NCBI GenBank assembly: GCA_016936665.1 | Contig: JAFGXI010000010.1 | Span: 5,868 to 69,867 of the forward strand | Origin: Bacteroidales bacterium | GTDB taxonomy: Bacteria; Bacteroidota; Bacteroidia; Bacteroidales; JAFGXI01 | Length of the DNA stretch: 64,000 nucleotides | Direction: 5' to 3' | Shown here: one piece after another, positions 1 to 8,270 of the stretch | Position numbering within the stretch: the stretch's first letter is position 1 | How the letters are laid out: each line of letters begins with the position of its first letter | Notes under the pieces: model-generated | Database searches by the model: none | The model's input: the letters and a program-made list of their open reading frames with translations, nothing else | What the model was told of the DNA's origin: nothing | Position numbers and translations under genes: made by a program

Positions 1-2232
1 CGTTCTATCGAGCATTCTGTTGTTTTCCCATATTTGCATATCCCAAACATCGGAAATCGACTCAGCGTTTTTCTGTAAATTAATAGTACTAATTAAATTA
101 ACAAATTTGGAATATTCGTTGGAACTAATAATGACACTATCTAACGGGAGCCCATTAGTTGTTAAATGCATAGCTTTGAAGGTCAAATGCCTGTTCAATT
201 TTTGATCTTGAAGAAAATAAACCGCAATTTTACTATTCTGAGGTACTACGGCAATCCGTTCGTTTTTAAAAGCTCTTCCAGCATAATAATACAACGCTTT
301 AGGTCTCAAGAAATAATCGACCGACGACCACGATGTTACTGGCCAACTATCGTTAAACTGCCAATAAAGACTGCCCATGCAATTTGGTCTGTTTACTCGG
401 TGCGCATCGATGGCTGTTTTAATGCCATAGGCTTGAGTTAACTGACTCAAATAGATATATTCTTTCAAGTTTTTTGGTTTTGGAAAAAATTCCGACAAGT
501 ACTTATCGATTGTTTCGAATCCCCTAGCATGTTTTTGATGCCACAAAATTGAGGAGGAGCCTATCGTCAAATCTGAATCCGGAGCAAATGCTTTAATTGT
601 TTTTAAATCGGGCAAAGCTTGGAATCCGTATTCACTCATAAATCGGCCAACATTATTAGCATATGCAATAAAAGGTTCTTCTCCCCACCAAACGCCCCAG
701 TAATGAGCATCGCCTTCTAATAAATTCTCCGGATGTCCCCAGCCCCAGAGTGGTGAACTTGGGTAATACGACACATCTTTTTGAAATTGCTCGACTATAT
801 CCGGTATCTTTTCTTCGAACAAATGAGCATTGGCTTGCCATAGTTGATTAGCATCGTGTTCGGAATACTGTTTCTTCCATCCCCAATCGTGCCATGCATT
901 TGAAACTTCGTTATTGCCACACCAAAGTGCTAATGATGGGTGATTTCGTAATCGTTTAACTTGGTATTCGACTTCTTTCGAAACTCCTTTTTCGAACGCC
1001 TCGGTTGGCGGGTACATCGCGCCTGCAAACATAAAATCTTGCCAAATCATTAATCCTTTACTATCGCACAAACTATAAAATTCATCTTCAGGATAAACAC
1101 CACCACCCCAAACTCTTAACATATTCATATTAGAATTAATTGCCATATTTAATAAGCTATCCATTTTACTGCGATTTTGAAATGGATTAAAATGATCGTC
1201 AGGAATGAGATTAGCACCTTTGGCAAAGACAGGCTCTCCATTGAGTTCGAAATAAAACGTTCGACCTGTACTATCTTGGTTTTGAATCAATTGTATAGTT
1301 CTGATACCTAAATTTTGTTTTTGAGAAAACAATAAACGATTCTCCCGATATACATCCCATCGAAGCTGATATAAATTAGGCTCACCCATGCCATTACACC
1401 ACCACAATTGGGGGTTTTTCATCGTAAACTGGCCATTAAGCAAAGTATCGGAACTAATTCGATAATGCTTCGAAAACAAGGTGTCAGCAGATATTTCGTC
1501 GATAATAAATAATTGATACACAGAAACTTCTCTTTCGCATACATTTAACGATACGTTTAATTCAGCTTTATCTTGCTCTATTTTAGAAGTATAAATATAT
1601 GGGGAAAACACCTTAGCATCGTTCCAAAAATTAAAATAAAACGACTCATTAATTCCGACAGAAATAAAACGAGGTCCCCAATCCCAGCCCGATTGATAGG
1701 GCGGTTTTCTTATCCAAGCTCTTTCGTCAGGCAAGCGGTAGTTTAACGTTTTACTGGCAGAATCGATATACGACTGAATTGGAGGAAACACTATTTTCAA
1801 ATGGTTGTCTTTCAATTTTAGAATCCCAACAACAGAAGTTCGCCAATCGTGAAACATATTATTGGAAACGAACAATAGCGAATCGTTCAAATAAACATTA
1901 GCGTAAGTATCAATCTGTTCGAAGACTATTTCTTGATTTGAATAAAACGAAATAGAATCGGCATCGAATTGTGTTTCGTAAACCCATGTTTGGTCTGCTA
2001 TCCATTGCAAGCTTTTCTCATTATCAGCAAAAAAAGGGTATGGAATAAGGACATCGTTTTGTAGTAAGGTAAATAAATTTTCTAATCGACTCGTACGAAC
2101 GGTAATCGCAGTATCCGAAGCGCTAATATTCCATAATAAATCTGGTTTCCAAGTATTTATTATTGAAATATCGTCTGCATTCCTTACGCAACTCATCGCA
2201 ATAAATGCGGCAAGAATAATTATATTTCTCAT
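1..2232 (-). CDS. Glycoside hydrolase family 2 beta-mannosidase-like enzyme; N-terminal 744 codons, C-terminus runs off the left window edge
   Basis: Absent from the ORF track because there is no in-window stop. My translation from the ATG (complement of 2230-2232) gives MRNIIILAAFIAMSCVRNADD (signal/lipobox-like). In frame further on are FYSLCDSKGLMIWQDFMFAG and VKRLRNHPSLALWCGNNE, typical GH2 beta-mannosidase motifs that include the NE acid/base. Confidence 0.8.
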   Translation of the reverse strand, partial: MRNIIILAAFIAMSCVRNADDISIINTWKPDLLWNISASDTAITVRTSRLENLFTLLQNDVLIPYPFFADNEKSLQWIADQTWVYETQFDADSISFYSNQEIVFEQIDTYANVYLNDSLLFVSNNMFHDWRTSVVGILKLKDNHLKIVFPPIQSYIDSASKTLNYRLPDERAWIRKPPYQSGWDWGPRFISVGINESFYFNFWNDAKVFSPYIYTSKIEQDKAELNVSLNVCEREVSVYQLFIIDEISADTLFSKHYRISSDTLLNGQFTMKNPQLWWCNGMGEPNLYQLRWDVYRENRLLFSQKQNLGIRTIQLIQNQDSTGRTFYFELNGEPVFAKGANLIPDDHFNPFQNRSKMDSLLNMAINSNMNMLRVWGGGVYPEDEFYSLCDSKGLMIWQDFMFAGAMYPPTEAFEKGVSKEVEYQVKRLRNHPSLALWCGNNEVSNAWHDWGWKKQYSEHDANQLWQANAHLFEEKIPDIVEQFQKDVSYYPSSPLWGWGHPENLLEGDAHYWGVWWGEEPFIAYANNVGRFMSEYGFQALPDLKTIKAFAPDSDLTIGSSSILWHQKHARGFETIDKYLSEFFPKPKNLKEYIYLSQLTQAYGIKTAIDAHRVNRPNCMGSLYWQFNDSWPVTSWSSVDYFLRPKALYYYAGRAFKNERIAVVPQNSKIAVYFLQDQKLNRHLTFKAMHLTTNGLPLDSVIISSNEYSKFVNLISTINLQKNAESISDVWDMQIWENNRMLDRT

Positions 2233-2345
2233 AGTTTAATCTAAGATAATTAAAATTCAGTCATTAAATATTGAACCTGCTCAATAATATAAAAACGACA
2301 AGAAATAAATTTGTAATGGTAAGAATAACGAACCTATAATTGACA

Positions 2346-2353
2346 TACATTTG
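2346..2353 (+). promoter_or_regulatory. Candidate Bacteroidota -7 promoter box (TAcaTTTG) upstream of the SulP gene
   Basis: Matches TAnnTTTG about 64 nt upstream of ATG 2417. No well-spaced -33 TTTG was seen. Confidence 0.25.
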
Positions 2354-2416
2354 CAAAATATTTAATGGATTTAAAACGCCTCAAAACGACGTTTAAGTAG
2401 CTTAATATTTAAACAA

Positions 2417-4057
2417 ATGCAATCAATCTTTAAGCCGAAGTTTTTTAGTTTACTGAAAGCCGGCTATAGCAAAAAACAAACACAAACCGATGTTCTATCA
2501 GGAATAGTTGTTGGTATTGTTGCTTTGCCTTTAGCAATAGCTTTTGCCGTTGCTTCGGGTGTTTCTCCCGAAAAAGGAATAATTACAGCCATAATTGCCG
2601 GATTTATAATCTCACTTTTAGGAGGCAGTAGGGTTCAAATTGGAGGTCCTACTGGAGCTTTTATCATTATTGTTTATGGAATCGTTGAAAAATATGGCTT
2701 AAACGGATTGATGATTTCTACCGTGATGGCCGGAATTTTATTGATTGTTTTTGGGTTATTAAAACTTGGTAATATTCTTAAATATTTTCCTCATCCCTTA
2801 ATTGTAGGTTTTACAAGCGGTATAGCAGTCGTAATTTTTTCAACTCAAATTAAAGATGCTCTTGGATTATCCATTCAAAATGTGCCATCGGAATTTATTG
2901 AGAAATGGCAGACTTATTTTACAAATATCAATTTGTACAATGGATATGCAATAATCATCACTCTTCTTAGCATTTTTATCAGCATCTATTTTAAAAAATT
3001 AACTCAAAAGATACCAGGCTCATTTGTTGCGATTTTAGTATTAACAACATCGGTATATTTTTTGAAAATTCCGGTTAGCACCATCGAAACTTTTTTTGGA
3101 ACCATTCCAAATAATATTTCCGTTCAAATGCCCTATTTTGACTGGACTGAAATAAAAGTTTTAATTGCACCTGCGTTAACCATCGCCTTATTAGGCGGCA
3201 TTGAGTCCCTTTTATCGGCAGTTGTTTCCGATGGGATGATTAGCGGAAAACATCGTTCGAACACCGAATTAATTGCCCAAGGCATCGCTAATATTATCAC
3301 CCCATTTTTTGGTGGAATTCCGGCAACCGGAGCCATTGCACGTACAGCAACCAATGTGAAAAATGGTGGTCGCACGCCTATTGCTGGTATGGTACATGCC
3401 TTAACATTATTATTAATTATGCTCTTTTTAGCCCCATGGGCAAAGCTTATACCCATGTCGTGCTTAGCCGGAATATTAATCGTTGTTGCATATAATATGA
3501 GCGAGTGGAGATCATTTGTCTCAATTTTAAAAGGTTCATTTTTTGACATCATCATATTAATAAGCACTTTTTTGTTAACAGTTTTAGTCGATCTAACCAT
3601 TGCTATTGAAGTTGGAATTGTGCTTTCTGCAATATTATTTATGAAAAGAATGTCAGATATTGCCGACAAAAGAATAGAAACTTTTATCGATTCCGATTTA
3701 ATTGACGATTACTCCGATCTTCCTAAAGAGGTTTCTATTTACGAAATAAGTGGCCCTTTATTTTTTGCATCGGCTAAAACCTATTCAAAAATTATTGAAG
3801 ATATTGGCTTAAAAAGTAAAATCATCATTATAAGAATGAGGTACGTTTCGTTTATCGACGAGACCGGAGCGCACAATTTAAAAAACAGTATTCTAAGCTT
3901 AAAACAACAAAATGTAAAAATATTATTGTCGGGTGTGAATAAAGAGGTTTGCAAATCTTTAACCGATTATCACCTAGTTGAGTTAATTACAAAAGATCAT
4001 ATTTTCGATCAGTTCGACAAAGCTATAGAACACGCTAAATTGCACCTTAAAAAATAA
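2417..4057 (+). CDS. SulP family inorganic anion transporter with C-terminal STAS domain
   Basis: 546 aa. The N-terminus has the SulP-type region SGIVVGIVALPLAIAFAVASGVSP, followed by many hydrophobic segments. The C-terminus is STAS-like (IIIIRMRYVSFIDETGAHNLKNSILSLKQQNVKILLSGV). Confidence 0.9.
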   Translation: MQSIFKPKFFSLLKAGYSKKQTQTDVLSGIVVGIVALPLAIAFAVASGVSPEKGIITAIIAGFIISLLGGSRVQIGGPTGAFIIIVYGIVEKYGLNGLMISTVMAGILLIVFGLLKLGNILKYFPHPLIVGFTSGIAVVIFSTQIKDALGLSIQNVPSEFIEKWQTYFTNINLYNGYAIIITLLSIFISIYFKKLTQKIPGSFVAILVLTTSVYFLKIPVSTIETFFGTIPNNISVQMPYFDWTEIKVLIAPALTIALLGGIESLLSAVVSDGMISGKHRSNTELIAQGIANIITPFFGGIPATGAIARTATNVKNGGRTPIAGMVHALTLLLIMLFLAPWAKLIPMSCLAGILIVVAYNMSEWRSFVSILKGSFFDIIILISTFLLTVLVDLTIAIEVGIVLSAILFMKRMSDIADKRIETFIDSDLIDDYSDLPKEVSIYEISGPLFFASAKTYSKIIEDIGLKSKIIIIRMRYVSFIDETGAHNLKNSILSLKQQNVKILLSGVNKEVCKSLTDYHLVELITKDHIFDQFDKAIEHAKLHLKK

Positions 4058-4086
4058 AAAAGGGTAGATTACCTCACATATTTATT

Positions 4087-5055
4087 TTAAAAATGAAATC
4101 CGGCTTTCAGAAAATCAACTTTATCTTCTTCAACCCCCGAAGAACCTGTTGTCGTTAGTAAATCGCCAACCACAGCAGCACTAATACCAGTTCGTAAAGC
4201 CTCTTCTTGATACGACTTTAACAAATTTCGCCCCCCGGCAAAACGAATGTTGGCTTTTGGATTGATTAAGCGCACAATAGCTATAGAGCTTAAAACTTCC
4301 TCTTTACTCAAGGTGATACTGTTTTGTAGAGGCGTTCCTTCTATCGGGTTTAAAAAATTGATTGGAATAGATTGTACACCTAAGTCAGCCAAATCGATGG
4401 CCATGTCGATTCTATCTTCCATCGTTTCTCCCATACCAAAAATACCGCCACTACAAATTTTCATTCCAATTGATTGTGCTGTTTTGATAGTTTCAATTTT
4501 TTCATTGTAAGAATGTGTACTGCAAAGTTCCGGAAAAAACCGTCTTGATGTTTCCAAATTACAGTGGTAGTGTTCTACACCGACATTCTTAAGCTTTTCA
4601 AGTTTCGCTTTATCCAACAAGCCCATCGAGGCACAAAAACTGATTTCAGACGATGATCGAATGGTTTTGTAGGTTTCACACAGCTGGTCAAGATTTTTAT
4701 TTGATACAGCCCTCCCACTGGTCACTAAAGAATACCTTTTTACTCCGTAAGACTCATTTTTTATGGCTTGCTTAACCGCAACAGAAGATTCAACCAGTTC
4801 GTAAACATCAACCTTTGAATGATGATGTATTGATTGAGAACACCATTTACAATCTTCGGAACACGCACCGGATTTAGCATTTTCAATGGAGCATAAATCG
4901 AAATAATTCCCTAAAAAATACTTACGAACTTCGTTCGCCGCCTCATATAAAGATTCTTTATCTGAGGTTTCCACCAAAGCCAAAGCTTCTATTTTTGTAA
5001 GCTGATGGCCCTGTTTTATTTGCTCAACAATATTAAATATTTGGTCTTTATTCAT
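4087..5055 (-). CDS. bioB: Biotin synthase (radical SAM)
   Basis: Contains the CxxxCxxC radical-SAM motif (CSEDCKWCSQS) and the BioB-like motifs YHCNLETS and KICSGGIFGMGET. The ATG at 5053-5055 (MNKDQIF) is preferred over the TTG at 5088 used in the ORF track. Confidence 0.9.
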   Translation of the reverse strand: MNKDQIFNIVEQIKQGHQLTKIEALALVETSDKESLYEAANEVRKYFLGNYFDLCSIENAKSGACSEDCKWCSQSIHHHSKVDVYELVESSVAVKQAIKNESYGVKRYSLVTSGRAVSNKNLDQLCETYKTIRSSSEISFCASMGLLDKAKLEKLKNVGVEHYHCNLETSRRFFPELCSTHSYNEKIETIKTAQSIGMKICSGGIFGMGETMEDRIDMAIDLADLGVQSIPINFLNPIEGTPLQNSITLSKEEVLSSIAIVRLINPKANIRFAGGRNLLKSYQEEALRTGISAAVVGDLLTTTGSSGVEEDKVDFLKAGFHF

Positions 5056-5084
5056 TATTATATTGTATAAAAAAAGCTGATGCC

Positions 5085-5375
5085 TCAAATAGACACCAGC
5101 TTTGTGTTAATATTATAAAACTGCAAAATTGCTTTGCTTCCTTTTGAAAAATTAGGAATAAAATTTAATATCAGTAATTGATTATACTGATCTATTCGTT
5201 CGAATAAATCTTTTCTATTTAGATTATTAAGACATAATTGTATCGAGCTAAAAAAATCGTAATTTAGCTTTGCTATTTTAATTTGGTTGCCTAAACTCGA
5301 CATCACGGCAAACGCTTTTCGCGACCATTGTCTAAATACAATAACACTTAAACCGGATGCAATCTTAACTAACAT
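5085..5375 (-). CDS. Hypothetical 96-aa protein between the SDR gene and bioB
   Basis: An open frame fills an otherwise ~320-nt gap in AT-rich DNA. Its ATG overlaps the SDR stop as TAATG. I recognise no domain. Confidence 0.3.
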   Translation of the reverse strand: MLVKIASGLSVIVFRQWSRKAFAVMSSLGNQIKIAKLNYDFFSSIQLCLNNLNRKDLFERIDQYNQLLILNFIPNFSKGSKAILQFYNINTKLVSI

Positions 5376-6193
5376 TATTTTAAAGGAGAATTGGGTTCTT
5401 TTGCCAGACTTTTATAAACCATTTTATCGACAAATCGAGGAAAAAACTTATTGATTAACACTGTGGCTTTACCGATAGGAGTTAAAATTACTTGTCTTTT
5501 TCGTTTAAGTAAACCCTTAATCAAATGCTGAGCTACCTCTTCTGCAGTCATCATTTTCTCCTCTTTTCGAGGCGAATCGCCTTGTGGTGTTCCATCGGCC
5601 AATAAAGCAGTATTTCGAATATTCGACGCTGTAAATCCTGGGGCTAGCAACATTACATGTAAGCCTTTATTAATATTTTCAGTTCTAAGAACCTCTAAAA
5701 ACCCGTGCAAAGCATACTTACTAGCAGTATATCCTGCCCTCGCCGGTAAACCTTTAAAACCCGCTATTGATGACACCCCGACTACAGAGCCTTTAGACTT
5801 TAATAGATAAGGCATTGCAAATTTCGTACAGTAGACCGCTCCCCAAAAGTTAACATCCATAAGTTGCCTCATAACCGATAATTCAACGTCTTCAAATAAA
5901 GCTCTCATTGACACTCCAGCATTGTTAACTAAAACATCAATGCCTCCAAAAACATCAACTGTTCTACGAATTAGCAAGCGACAATCTTCTTCTTTAGAAA
6001 TATCTGTTTTGAGCAATAAATACTGATTTCGATATGGTTCTATAACTTTTGTGTTTATAGATTCTATTGATCTTGCCGCAAACACCACCCTTGCTCCTTC
6101 TTTTAAAAGAGCAATAGCAGAAGCTAAACCTATCCCGGATGAAGCTCCGGTAACTATTACAACTTTATTGTTCAAATTAGTCGACACAATCAT
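5375..6193 (-). CDS. SDR family oxidoreductase (short-chain dehydrogenase/reductase)
   Basis: Has the TGASSGIG Rossmann motif, NNAG, and a YxxxK catalytic motif (YTASKYAL). The ATG at 6191-6193 (MIVSTNL) is preferred over the TTG at 6220. Confidence 0.85.
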   Translation of the reverse strand: MIVSTNLNNKVVIVTGASSGIGLASAIALLKEGARVVFAARSIESINTKVIEPYRNQYLLLKTDISKEEDCRLLIRRTVDVFGGIDVLVNNAGVSMRALFEDVELSVMRQLMDVNFWGAVYCTKFAMPYLLKSKGSVVGVSSIAGFKGLPARAGYTASKYALHGFLEVLRTENINKGLHVMLLAPGFTASNIRNTALLADGTPQGDSPRKEEKMMTAEEVAQHLIKGLLKRKRQVILTPIGKATVLINKFFPRFVDKMVYKSLAKEPNSPLK

Positions 6194-6335
6194 ACCAAAC
6201 AGATATTTCTTTTGATGCAATTAGAATACAAAGGTAATATTTCATTAAAAAATGTAGTAGAAAAATTAAATTAATAAATATAATATTGATATTAAGCCGG
6301 TTACCAAATTTAGGCCAAAAAAGTTTAAAAAAAGA

Positions 6336-6366
6336 TTTGTATAAGATAAAAATGTCTTTATCTTTG
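6336..6366 (+). promoter_or_regulatory. Candidate Bacteroidota promoter for tRNA-Lys (-33 TTTG and -7 TAtcTTTG)
   Basis: TTTG lies at 6336-6339 and TAtcTTTG at 6359-6366, with 19-nt spacing. The -7 box ends 20 nt before the tRNA 5' end. Confidence 0.5.
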
Positions 6367-6385
6367 CATCGCTTTTTAAAAGGAT

Positions 6386-6461
6386 GATCGAGTAGCTCAG
6401 CCGGTAGAGCATCTGCCTTTTAAGCAGAGGGTCCCGGGTTCGAATCCCGGCTCGATCACCA
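6386..6461 (+). tRNA. tRNA-Lys (anticodon UUU), CCA encoded
   Basis: Folded by hand: acceptor GATCGAG/CTCGATC, D arm GCTC-AGCCGGTA-GAGC, anticodon arm TCTGC-CTTTTAA-GCAGA, variable loop GGGTC, T arm CCGGG-TTCGAAT-CCCGG, discriminator A, then CCA. Confidence 0.92.
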
Positions 6462-6466
6462 CTCAA

Positions 6467-6497
6467 AACCTCACTTTCTTAGTGAGGTTTTTTTTAT
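6467..6497 (+). terminator. Rho-independent terminator after tRNA-Lys
   Basis: Stem AACCTCACT/AGTGAGGTT with loop TTCTT, followed by a T-run. Confidence 0.75.
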
Positions 6498-6621
6498 TCA
6501 ATCAGCTATTATTTATATACTTTTTTGGGGATCAAGCATAAAAGTTGTGTTTAAGCAAAATTTTTCTAGCTTGTTAATAACTTCTTATACGATTTTTTAA
6601 AATATATTTTTTGCTTTGTAT

Positions 6622-6663
6622 AAAATGTATATTTTTGCATTCAAAATGTATATTTATGCACAA
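6622..6663 (+). promoter_or_regulatory. Tandem 21-nt direct repeat overlapping a TAttTTTG -7 box (6630-6637) and the argR start; candidate ArgR operator
   Basis: AAAATGTATATTTTTGCAT (6622-6640) and AAAATGTATATTTATGCA (6643-6660) match at 17 of 18 positions with a 21-nt period. The second copy contains the argR ATG at 6656. Confidence 0.35.
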
Positions 6664-7132
6664 CAAGCAAGATAGACTAAACGCAATTATTAGAATCCTT
6701 GAAGAAAATAATATTTCAAAACAAGAAGAATTATTATTAAAAATCAACACTTTAGGCTTCGATGTTACACAAGCTACATTATCAAGAGATTTAAAACTGC
6801 TCAATGCTGGGACGACTTACGATGCAACAAAAGGACACATTTATACATTACCACAAACAAAAATTAAACAAACTCCAAGCTTCAGCAATAAATTACTCGA
6901 TGCAATAATAAGTATCGAATGTACCAACACCATGGTAGTGATAAAAACACAATCCGGTTTTGCTAACAGTGTGGCTGCTCAAATTGATGCATCGGACATT
7001 CCTTCTGCCGCAGGAAGTATTGCAGGAAACGACACCATTTTCATTGCTGTTAAAAGGGACTCAACGCCTCAATCGATTATTGAGGATCTGAATAAAAATT
7101 TTAATTCGATTGCATATGTTTTGAAGCCTTGA
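6656..7132 (+). CDS. argR: Arginine repressor ArgR
   Basis: The N-terminal winged-helix region reads DRLNAIIRILEENNISKQEELLLKINTLGFDVTQATLSRDLKLL, and the C-terminus is an oligomerisation/arginine-binding type domain (GTIAGDDT-like SIAGNDTIF). The ATG at 6656 is preferred over the TTG at 6611 and gives about 158 aa. Confidence 0.85.
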   Translation: MHNKQDRLNAIIRILEENNISKQEELLLKINTLGFDVTQATLSRDLKLLNAGTTYDATKGHIYTLPQTKIKQTPSFSNKLLDAIISIECTNTMVVIKTQSGFANSVAAQIDASDIPSAAGSIAGNDTIFIAVKRDSTPQSIIEDLNKNFNSIAYVLKP

Positions 7133-7156
7133 TATTTTTCAAGGCTTTTTTTTTTG
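7124..7156 (+). terminator. Rho-independent terminator overlapping the argR stop
   Basis: Stem AAGCCTTGA (7124-7132)/TCAAGGCTT (7139-7147) followed by a run of about 10 T. Confidence 0.6.
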
Positions 7157-7166
7157 ATTTTAAACT

Positions 7167-8264
7167 ATGGAACAAGAAAAGAAAAAAGCTAAACTAATGT
7201 TAAAAGACGGCTTACATTTCGAAGGATATGCTTTCGGACATCTAAGTTCAAAATCTGGGGAGATTGTTTTCAACACAGCAATGACCGGATACCCCGAAAG
7301 TTTGACGGACCCATCGTACAAAGGACAGATTTTAGTAGCCACCTACCCTCTAATAGGAAACTACGGCATACCGGGCAACAGCGAAAAAAATAAGCTCTAC
7401 GAATATTACGAATCCGATGCCATTCAAATTTCGGGTTTGGTTATCTCTGAATACTCAGAAAAATACAGCCACTGGAATGCCGAATTGAGTTTAGATGAAT
7501 GGATGAAGAACAATAAAGTTCCCGGAATTTATGGCATAGATACTGCTGCGCTTACAAAGCATTTGCGCGAAAACGGAGCAATGTCTGCAAAAATTGTAAT
7601 TGATGAAGACATTCCGTTTTACGATCCTTCGAACGATAATTTAGTTGCTCAGGTAAGTATTTCCCAAAAAACAACATACGGCGATGGACAATACAAAGTG
7701 CTTCTTATCGATTGTGGCGTTAAAAACAATATTATACGTCATTTAATTGATAGAAATTGTACGGTAATTAGAGTTCCGTGGGATTACAATTTCGATAACG
7801 AAGAGTACGATGGCTTGTTTATTTCCAACGGGCCCGGCGACCCAACCCATTGCAAAGCAACCATCGATAATTTAAGTAAAGCTTTCGATAAAAATGATCC
7901 AATTTTTGGAATTTGCCTTGGAAATCAATTAATGTCTTTAGCAGCAGGTGCGTCAACCTACAAGTTAAAATACGGACACAGAAGCCATAATCAGCCTGTT
8001 TTGGATTTAAGAACACAAAGAGCCTATATAACCTCTCAAAATCATGGTTATGCAGTAGATAGCAAAAGTTTACCTGATGATTGGTCTGTTAATTTTGTGA
8101 ATTTAAACGATCGAACAAACGAAGGATTTTATCACAATAATAAGCCGTTTTTTTCGACACAATTTCACCCGGAAGCTTCAGGAGGTCCAACAGACACCGA
8201 ATTTCTATTCGACGAATTTATCGACCTGATTAAAAAAGCTAAACAATCTGAAAATATTAAATAA
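7167..8264 (+). CDS. carA: Carbamoyl-phosphate synthase small (glutaminase) subunit
   Basis: 365 aa. The N-terminal CPSase small-chain domain contains VFNTAMTGYPESLTDPSYKGQI. The class-I amidotransferase domain has GICLGNQ (Cys nucleophile) and FSTQFHPEA. Confidence 0.95.
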   Translation: MEQEKKKAKLMLKDGLHFEGYAFGHLSSKSGEIVFNTAMTGYPESLTDPSYKGQILVATYPLIGNYGIPGNSEKNKLYEYYESDAIQISGLVISEYSEKYSHWNAELSLDEWMKNNKVPGIYGIDTAALTKHLRENGAMSAKIVIDEDIPFYDPSNDNLVAQVSISQKTTYGDGQYKVLLIDCGVKNNIIRHLIDRNCTVIRVPWDYNFDNEEYDGLFISNGPGDPTHCKATIDNLSKAFDKNDPIFGICLGNQLMSLAAGASTYKLKYGHRSHNQPVLDLRTQRAYITSQNHGYAVDSKSLPDDWSVNFVNLNDRTNEGFYHNNKPFFSTQFHPEASGGPTDTEFLFDEFIDLIKKAKQSENIK

Positions 8265-8270
8265 TTTACA

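Noticed and set aside
3133-3669. Long antisense ORFs inside well-supported genes: 3133-3669 within SulP, 18373-18855 and 21433-21864 within A2M, 61790-62182 opposite MrpE, and many shorter ones in the track.
   Set aside because: Each lies fully inside a gene with strong family motifs on the other strand and has low-complexity or odd composition with no recognisable domain. They are typical shadow ORFs.
6266-6466. 66-aa minus-strand ORF overlapping the tRNA-Lys gene.
   Set aside because: It is the reverse complement of a perfectly folding tRNA and its promoter region, so the ORF is spurious.
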